From the IMG/VR virus record IMGVR_UViG_3300031754_000001, positions 64,001 through 128,000 of that record: a stretch of 64,000 bases of DNA. One strand, written 5' to 3'. Each line of letters opens with the position of its first letter. Positions within the stretch are counted from its first letter, which is position 1. The position numbers and the translations under genes were made by a program. Of the stretch, positions 56,859-64,000 are shown piece by piece. The notes under the pieces were generated by a model. The model did no database searches. It was not told the DNA's origin and worked only from the letters and a program-made list of their open reading frames with translations. Origin of the DNA: a virus.

Positions 56859-59800
56859 TCAGGGACTTGCGAGCCGGAACCGGGCCATCAGGCTGGCCGG
56901 CACGATCGCGGCTGGCGTCAGGCCTGCCTCGGTTCGGAACCAGATAATCATCCCGGACCCGATGACCTGGGCGATGTCGTAGTTCTGGCTGAATAGCCAG
57001 CTGAGCTGTTCGCCCGGCGGCAGGTCGGCCAGGCCGGGCGGCGGCAGGTCGCTGATCGCGACGGGGTGCCCGGCGGCGTAAAGCTGCCTGTTCAGTGCCG
57101 TGAACTCCTTGTTGGTCATGTCAGGCCCGGTGGCAGGCGTGGCCTTGGCCATTTCCGTGTAGCGGCGTACTGCGCGGGCCAGCGCGCGGGCCGCCGCGAT
57201 CTCCTCGGCGGTCGTGCCCTCGATGGCGGCCTGGTCGAATGCGCTGAGTGCGCCGGACAGCGAGCCGGCAGCTGCGCCGTGCACGGTCCCGGTGTCGATA
57301 TCACGGAAGGCCGAGGCCAGCCGTTCAGAGGCGTCCCGGAGTTCGCCTGGGTCCAGGTCGGTGTCCAGGATCAGCGCTGCCTGATCGCGCATGTGCGTCC
57401 AGGCATCGTCGCGGGTGACGTCGTTCATGATCGTTTCTCCTGATCGTCGGCCTGCACGGCGGTGACGGTGATCCGCCAGCGGAGCCGGCCCTTGGTTTCG
57501 TCCAGCACGGCGTCCCAGTCGGCGGTGATCAGGCCGGCTGCCTCCAGCGCCGTGATCTGGCTTGCGGCGCGGTAGTTGTACGTGCGTGGTCCTTCAGCGC
57601 GTACCCGGTCCAGCATCCGCTGCTGGGCTGGGGTGAGCTGGGTGGTCATGTCAGTCGTCCTTCCCGTCCCAGGCCAGCCAGTCGGTGCCCGAGGCAATTA
57701 GCCCGGACAGCTCACGGCGGCTGATGTTGTCTGCGATCGTGAGCCGGGTGGCAGGCTTTTCGTCTAGCCAGATCTGGCTCCGGCCGTCTCGCCGCTGCAG
57801 GTGGATTACGGTATCCAGGCGGAATTCCTGCGGCAGTTCGCCGTCGCTGGTGTTTACGGGCTGCCATTCCAGCTCGCGGTGGGTGCGGTGCTGGACAGCC
57901 ATTGTCAGCCTTCCTCGCAGGTAATGTCCCGGCTCTCCAGGCGATGGAGCATGTTCGCCACCTGGGAGTACGCCTTGATGTTCTCGGGTCCTATCTGCAG
58001 GGCCGGGATCGCGCCCAGCAGGTCAGCCAGCTCGCGGTACCGGAGGACTACCCGGGCTTCGCGGCCGGTGCCGAGACCGGGGCCGGTGACATCGGTGAGC
58101 GTGGCGAACAACTGGAATGCGTGCTGGCCGTCAGGACGGCCGACGATTACCTGCGCCAGGGTTTTCGCGACGACCGGCTGTTTGCGGGTGCTCATGATGC
58201 TGTCTCCTGCCTATGTTCTGACTGGTCGGAAAGTCAGAGACCGGGATGTATCGGGCAGGGCAGCTCGTTCTGGCGCTCTCCCGGCTGGATGATGATCTCG
58301 CTGGGCTCCAGCGTGAGGATGTACTCAGCGAGTCCTCCGACGTGATCAGACGATGCGATGAGGCTGTCATCGCCGTAAGCGCCCGTGATGCCGTCGCCGC
58401 TGAACGCAGACCAGCCCCAGCGGGTGCGGCGGATGACCACGGCGTCCGGGGAGAAGGCGCGATCGGGTCCTGATGTCATGTCAGCTTCCCAGGTAACGGG
58501 TTTGTCGCCGAACCCGCGCGCCAGCTCGGCCTGTTGCGTTTCGGTTAGCTTCACGTGCGGGGAGTGGTGCTGGTATGGCGCTTTCATGATTGCGAGCCCT
58601 CGCGTTCGGTTTGCAGTTCAGTCAGGATGGCGGTGACCAGTTCTTCCGCTTCGGTGTCCGCCGGGGTTTCCGGCCGCTGGAGCGTGGTGACCCGGCCGGT
58701 CCGCCCGTGCTCGTCGTGCGGGTAGTGACTGTGGTTCCAGTCAGGCCGGGTCATGCTGTCCGGGGTCATGTACCGCTCGGGCAGTGCCAGGAACCACCGG
58801 CTGGCCGTGGCGGTCTGCCAGGACCAGATGAGTTCATGCGTCATGCAGATCGCCGCAGTGCGGCCGATTCCGAGCAGCCGGTGCTCCTCGTCCAGCCGGT
58901 CGTGCTGCGCCTGGCAGTTTGCGTGCCAGCGGTCCATCTCAGCCTGGCGCTCGGCGCGGGTCATGCCCTCGGTGATGACCGGCTCAGCGATCTGGCGGTT
59001 CAGTTGCGCCCGCCGGCTTTTCACGGTCATGTGCTCTCGTTACGGACTGTGGCCTGACTGTCTGCCCTGCGCCGCCTGGGCCGCGCGGAGACGGGTTCCT
59101 GGCCGAGCGCCACCCGGCGGAATAGCACCGGGTCGAAGATGTACGGCTGTCGCGAGCCTGAATCCTTGCTGTCCTGGGTGAACTCGGCGGTGAACGCGGA
59201 GATGAGCCGGTTCAGGGCCGGGTTCAGGCCGTTCGCGGATCGCTCGGCCGCCAGGATCGCGGCGACGGCGCGGAAATGCTGCTGGGTCCAGCGGCGGCTC
59301 TGTCGTGCGGGCATGTCTCAGCCCTCCTGTCCGGGGGTCTTGGTGATGCGCCTGGCCAGTTCGTCCTGGATCTTGCGGGGAGGGATGAGCCGGGGTACGC
59401 GGTGCAGCAGATCCATGGGCGGGGCGAACTCGCTGCCGGATTCACTCCGGTGCCCGAACCGCATGATGCCGGGTCGCAGATCGCAGTCGTAGCTGTCATT
59501 GTTGCGGAACTGGCCGCGCGTGATCAGGCAGACACCGCCCATCGACCAGACGTGATCACCTTCGGCGATGTCCGCCCAGGTGACCAGCTCGAATAGCTCG
59601 GGCACGGATGTCCAGGCCGGGCTGTCCCCGCGCGCCTCCAGCTCAGCCCGGCCCGCGTCAGTCAGCCGGTACGCGGCGCTGCCCGGCACGGGCTCGATCA
59701 GCCCGGCGTCTGCCAGGGTCGCGACTTCGGGCATCAGGGCGGTGGCGTCCCAGATTTTCGGCCCGCTGGCGTAGCTGCGGAGCAGGTCCGTATTCTGTCG

Positions 59801-60454
59801 TGCGGGCATTTTCTTAGCCCTCCTGTTCCGGGGTCGTGATGGAGGCTGCCCACTCGCGCATCCGGCGCAATTCCCCGGCCGTGTCCGCGGTGTGCTCGTA
59901 GGCTTTCAGGTAGGCGGACCGGACGTCGTGCTCAGCGGACCGGGCGGCAGCCAGCTTGGCTTCCAGCTGGGTGATGCGAGCCTGGGCGGCGGGCAGTGGT
60001 TCCAGGATGGTGACGCAGCTGACGTGCGCGGATTCGCTGCCGTCGTCCAGGCAGAGGAACAGGTCCCATTCCCCGATTGGCTTACCGCAGTCGGTGCAGT
60101 CGTCCAGGCTCTCGCGGGGCTCGGTGTACGACGTCCGGGTCCATGCGATGTCCTGGAGAGGCTCGGTGCAGGTGCCGTCATCGTTCCTGGTCAGGATAAT
60201 CATGAGGGTTTTTCCGATCGGTCGGAGGTTTCCGGGCGGCGGCTGTCCGTGGCGTGGCCGTCCGGGTGCGTGGTGACCGCGAAGTACCGGCCGTTGCGTA
60301 GCCAGCGCATCCGGTAGGCGGTCATTTTCCCGGTTTCGCTCACGGGGAACAGGGCAGGCCGGACGGCCAGCGACTCATCTTCGCGGTCCAGGATGAACAG
60401 CTCGATCTGGTCCCGGGTTTGCCGTATGACGGCGGCCGGGAAAGCGCAGGGCAT
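56859..60454 (-). CDS. Run of small hypothetical proteins (56859-57428, 57425-57649, 57651-57902, 57905-58195, 58234-58587, 58584-59030, 59027-59314, 59318-59809, 59814-60203, 60200-60454)
   Basis: Packed ORFs with strong CAGGAG-type RBS; 57425 and 59318 have winged-helix-like L..AGLI segments. Confidence 0.55.
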
Positions 60455-60472
60455 GGTGGCCTCCTAGATTCC

Positions 60473-60502
60473 AGTGTATCATGCTGTATACATATCGCAC
60501 AA
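60473..60502 (-). promoter_or_regulatory. SigA-type promoter
   Basis: Minus strand TTGTGC-18 nt-TACACT in an AT-rich patch, upstream of TAGGAGG RBS and ATG 60454. Confidence 0.6.
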
Positions 60503-60739
60503 CTCCGGGCATGCCCGCTGGAGTATAATCCCAGGTCAGGAGCCGGTAGGTTGTGCCGTTACTATGTGTCGTTCGGCGGAATCCGCACGGCATCCCAGGT
60601 GGTTAGCCAGTCACGCCGGGCCTGGCCGCGCCCGTAGGCGGTCTTCACAGGATGCGTGTCCCGGCGTCCGGCCGGCATCCCGCGCCAGGCCCGGCGCTGG
60701 CTCTTGCGCCAGCACCGGGTCCGCCCGGCGGGCCGCATG

Positions 60740-63700
60740 TCAGGTCCCTTCCGCGTCAGGGGGCAGTACGGCCACGGCGTCCGAGAACGTCTCCATCTCG
60801 GCGTTGTCACTGTCGCGGATGACGGTGATATGGCGGTAAGCGCAACCGGGGTATGGCGGCTCGATCAGCTGGACAGTGCCTGTGTACCTGGCACCGTCCC
60901 ACCAGGCTTCGACGCGGGTGCCAACGGCCAGCGGGCGCTTGTTCATGTCGGCGGGCTGCATGTCAGTACTCCGGTGGGCACGGGTGCCCGTTCAGGTAGG
61001 CCGTCCTGGCTCCCGTGTGGAATGGCGGCTCGCCGGGCGTGGACCCGTAGTAGCCCACGGTGTCGGCCATGTCCAGCCAGTAGCCCGTGATTCCCTGGGT
61101 GCGGTCCGGGTTCTCGGCCAGCCGGTTGCACGTCCAGGCCTTCCCGGTGGCCTTGAAGGTGACGATCCGGCCGTTGCGCCGGTTCAGCGCGACATCGGTC
61201 ACCCAGAAGTCTCCTCCGGCCAGCCGGTCGGCGAACTGGCGGGCGTAGGCGTGGCACGGGAACTCGGCGGTGAATTCCCCGCGGCGCGCGGCGGCGACCT
61301 GCCCGGCGGTCGGTATTCCGGTGGTCATGATCGTGCTTCCTGTTCGTGAGATCTTTTGCCAGTTTTGGTAGTTACCTGGCCGGCGCGAAGGTCCATGACG
61401 ATCTCCAGCAGTCTCCTGCCGATGACCGTAGATGTCGTTTTGTCCCATTCCAGCAGGCGGCTAGCTAGATACTCACTCGCGCTCTCGGTGCGCGGCGTAC
61501 CATGTTCGCCATGCTGGATCTGGTACAGGGCGGAAGCGTCGGACCAGTAATGTTCGGGCATAATCGTGGTCCTTTCAGGTCATCCGGGTTTCAGGCGCAT
61601 CGGTGGTTACGCCAAGGATGTCCGCGACGATCTCGCGGATGCGGTAGAGCGCGTCGTGCTCGGCATCATTGGAGTCACCGCCCAGCGCCTCGTCCGCTTC
61701 GGCTAGCGCGGTGCAGAGCGCGTCCCGGGCGTCGGTCAGCGGCTCGGTGAAGGTCTGGTAGTCCTCCGCGGGTACGCTTTCGTCGTCGGGGCTGGCGCCT
61801 GCGAATGACGCTTTGCCGCGCGGCGTGACGACCGTCAGCTCGTAGGTGAGGCCGGGCGGGTCGTCTATGCCCTCGTCTACGGTGTTGTCGCGGACGTTGA
61901 ATTCCATCAACCCCTCGGCGGCGCGGCGCGCGGTGAGGTAGTCAGGTGCTCCGATGTGGAATGTGGCGACAGCCACGATGTCGAATGTATACTCAGGCAT
62001 GATCGTGTGTTTCCTGTCTCAGGTGCGGTTGCCGATGGCCAGCAGCGCGCCGCGCAGCGAGTGCGTGACGGTGATGTACCGGCCCCGGCTGTCATAGGCC
62101 TCGTAGGGCTGGGCGGCCTCGTTCCCAGGCATGATCTCGGATGGCTCGCCGCCGGCGTCGGCCCGGTTGTCGGTGATGTAACCCAGCGGGTGCGTGCTGC
62201 CGGCCGTGACGGCGATCCAGTCGGCTTGCACGGGCGCGGTGCTGCCTGGTACGCGGGCCGCGAACTCGGCGCGGGGCATGGCTTCCATCAGGCCGGCTCG
62301 CATGTGCTGGTAAGTGATTGGCATGATCATGGTCCTTTCAGGTGTTCCGGTTGGCCGGAAAGCCTCAGTGCTCGTACGGGTCTTCGGCCAGCTGGGGCTT
62401 GACGTAATCGATCTCGCGGTCGGTGTCGGGGCTCCAGCCTTCCAGCAGGTCAGGGCGCGCTTCGAGCAGGAGCCTCGCGAGGATATGACCTAGCTGGGCG
62501 CGGAACATGTCGGCCAGGCCTTCGGTGTCCACGGTGTGCTCCGTGCGGGAGAACGGCTCCTCGCCGTGAACCTGCGAAGTGACATGGTGCCCGAGCAGGG
62601 GGTGAGCGGCCAGGGTCCACGGGTCGGTGTAGAGAATGCGCTGGTCCATGATCTCCAGGTACACCCGCGAGTTGCCTTTGTAGTTGTCGGCCTGCACGAC
62701 CCGGATCTGGTCCAGGTCTATGGTCCGCTTCATTGGTGCCCTTTCAGATGTTCCGGTCGGTCGGAAGATCAGTACTGCGCCCAGCGGCGCACGTCCGGGC
62801 TGAAACTCTCCGGACCGCCGGCGGCCTCGATTAGCGTGATGACCAGCCGGGCCAGCGACTGGCTGCGCGAGAGGCAGCCCAGCCGCTCGCCGGGGCTGCT
62901 GAACGGGTCGGAGGAGTTGTCCATCCAGATGTCCCGGCTGGACGTGATCCGGTACAGCGCCCGGTCGCGTGCCTGCCGGGTGCCGGCGATGACCAGCCGG
63001 GCGCGGCGCTGGCGCCTGCCGGTGAATTCCAGCCGGCCCCAGTCCTCCTCGTCCGGGTGGTCGGCTGCGTCGATGTCCAGGCCATGCTCGACTTCGCCGG
63101 CCTGGAACTCAGTCAGGGTCAGGATGATCTCGCCCATGGTCAGGCTCCGTCCGCGATGAACTGCGCCCAGCCGCCGTCGTAGTGGACCTGGATGCCCGCG
63201 CGTACCGCGTCATCGGACAGCTTGGCTACGTCGATGTCCCCGGCCCACTGGCAGTCAGCAATCCAGTCCCGTGCCGCGTTCAGCAGCCCGGCCTCGCGTG
63301 CTTTCCGCTCAGCTTCCTGGTTCCAGGCCAGCCAGCCGGGAAGATTGCGCGTTACGTGTTCGTTCTCGATACGCGGTTCTACGTGCGGGTAGCCGTGATT
63401 TGCTTCCAGCCAGCACTGGATGAGCATCAGGTCGCGGAAGATGTGCCCTTCACGTGAGTTACCGGGTTCTAGAGCATTGCGGTTGTAATCGGTTTCTTCA
63501 TCGCGCCAGTTGTAGGCGACGAGACGACCGATGGCTGTGACCAGCGTGCTCGTATCTAGTTCGGTGTTAGTCATGGTCGTTGCTCCTTGTCGTTTGCGGG
63601 CGGGGTCCGGGTCTGCCTGTCCGCGCCGCATTCGGCGCACGCGTAGATGTGCAGGTCCTCGAAGCCGCCGTCCGCGGTGTGGCGGGTGTCGGTGCCCAGG

Positions 63701-63954
63701 TAGACCCGGCGGTGCCGGCGCCGGGCCTTGGGCAGGTCGGTCCGCAGCCCGCAGCTCACGGGCACGGGCTGGGGCAGCGGGAAGATGAATTCGGGCGGCA
63801 GGACGGCACCGGGCTCGCCGAGGATGATCGCGCGGAGCCGGGCCGCGCACGTTTCGCAGACGGTGCTCGGGCCGGCTACCCCGGTCACGGTGACCAGCGC
63901 GCCGCATTCGCACTCGCGGGTCCAGGTCTGGATTGTGCCGTGGAATCCGGCCAT
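60740..63954 (-). CDS. Run of small hypothetical proteins (60740-60961, 60963-61328, 61325-61561, 61575-62000, 62019-62330, 62365-62733, 62769-63137, 63140-63574, 63571-63954)
   Basis: Packed ORFs with GAAAGG/CAGGA RBS; 60740 is Tudor/SH3-like (VGTRVEAWWDG..Y.GTV). Confidence 0.55.
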
Positions 63955-64000
63955 CGGCTTCTCCTGTCAGTGATCTGGGGGCCCAGGCCGGCCCTCGCGT

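Larger units (their letters stand above)
45132..62766. promoter_or_regulatory. Dispersed 16-bp palindrome TTCCGRYYGRYCGGAA (8 copies found by eye)
   Basis: Copies start at 45132, 46853, 54167, 56841, 58216 (TTCTG), 60212 (CGGAG), 62345 and 62751; mostly at gene junctions. Confidence 0.75.

Noticed and set aside
56841-62766. Palindromic repeats as a CRISPR array or integron attC array
   Set aside because: Copies are 16 bp, separated by whole genes at irregular distances; they lack attC GTTRRRY ends, and no integrase is in the window.
1-64000. Numerous long alternative-frame ORFs in the track (e.g. 13996-15663, 21444-23249, 42916-45117, 2878-4029)
   Set aside because: Antisense or frame shadows typical of high-GC DNA; Arg/Pro/Gly-rich, no RBS or motifs, and they overlap better-supported genes.

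Overview
A 64-kb segment of a high-GC (roughly 70% by eye) tailed phage, most likely a siphovirus of an Actinomycetota host. The host inference rests on Lsr2-like proteins, TANNNT -10 promoters with apparent leaderless starts, and the actinophage-type Cas4-like nuclease, SSB-like protein and Prim-Pol genes. No integrase, capsid, terminase, tRNA, rRNA or CRISPR array was seen. Layout: (1) 1-11.7 kb, + strand: 3' part of the tape measure gene (NlpC/P60 + lytic transglycosylase), a large minor tail protein, holin-like genes and several cell-wall hydrolases. (2) 11.9-30.5 kb, - strand accessory arm: vWA, membrane and lipoprotein cluster, DUF932-like, XRE-HTH/Lsr2-like/RNAP alpha-CTD fusion, Lsr2-like. 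(3) 30.6-48.6 kb, + strand replication arm: Cas4-like nuclease, SSB-like, SNF2 helicase, Phd-like, MazG-like, RuvC-like, DUF559, a 1595-aa Prim-Pol/SF3 helicase/PolA fusion with iteron-like repeats inside it, DUF1643, endolysin and HNH. (4) 48.6-64 kb, - strand: densely packed small genes including a TopoVI-A/Toprim-like gene, punctuated by a 16-bp palindrome TTCCGRYYGRYCGGAA. Main candidates for new biology: the all-in-one replisome protein read through its own putative origin; the HTH-Lsr2-alphaCTD regulator plus the dispersed palindrome; several orphan Phd/YefM-like antitoxin domains; a four-way-junction small RNA; and a secreted LysM-transglycosylase/NlpC pair mirroring the tape-measure enzymes. 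All family calls are by motif recognition by eye, not database searches.
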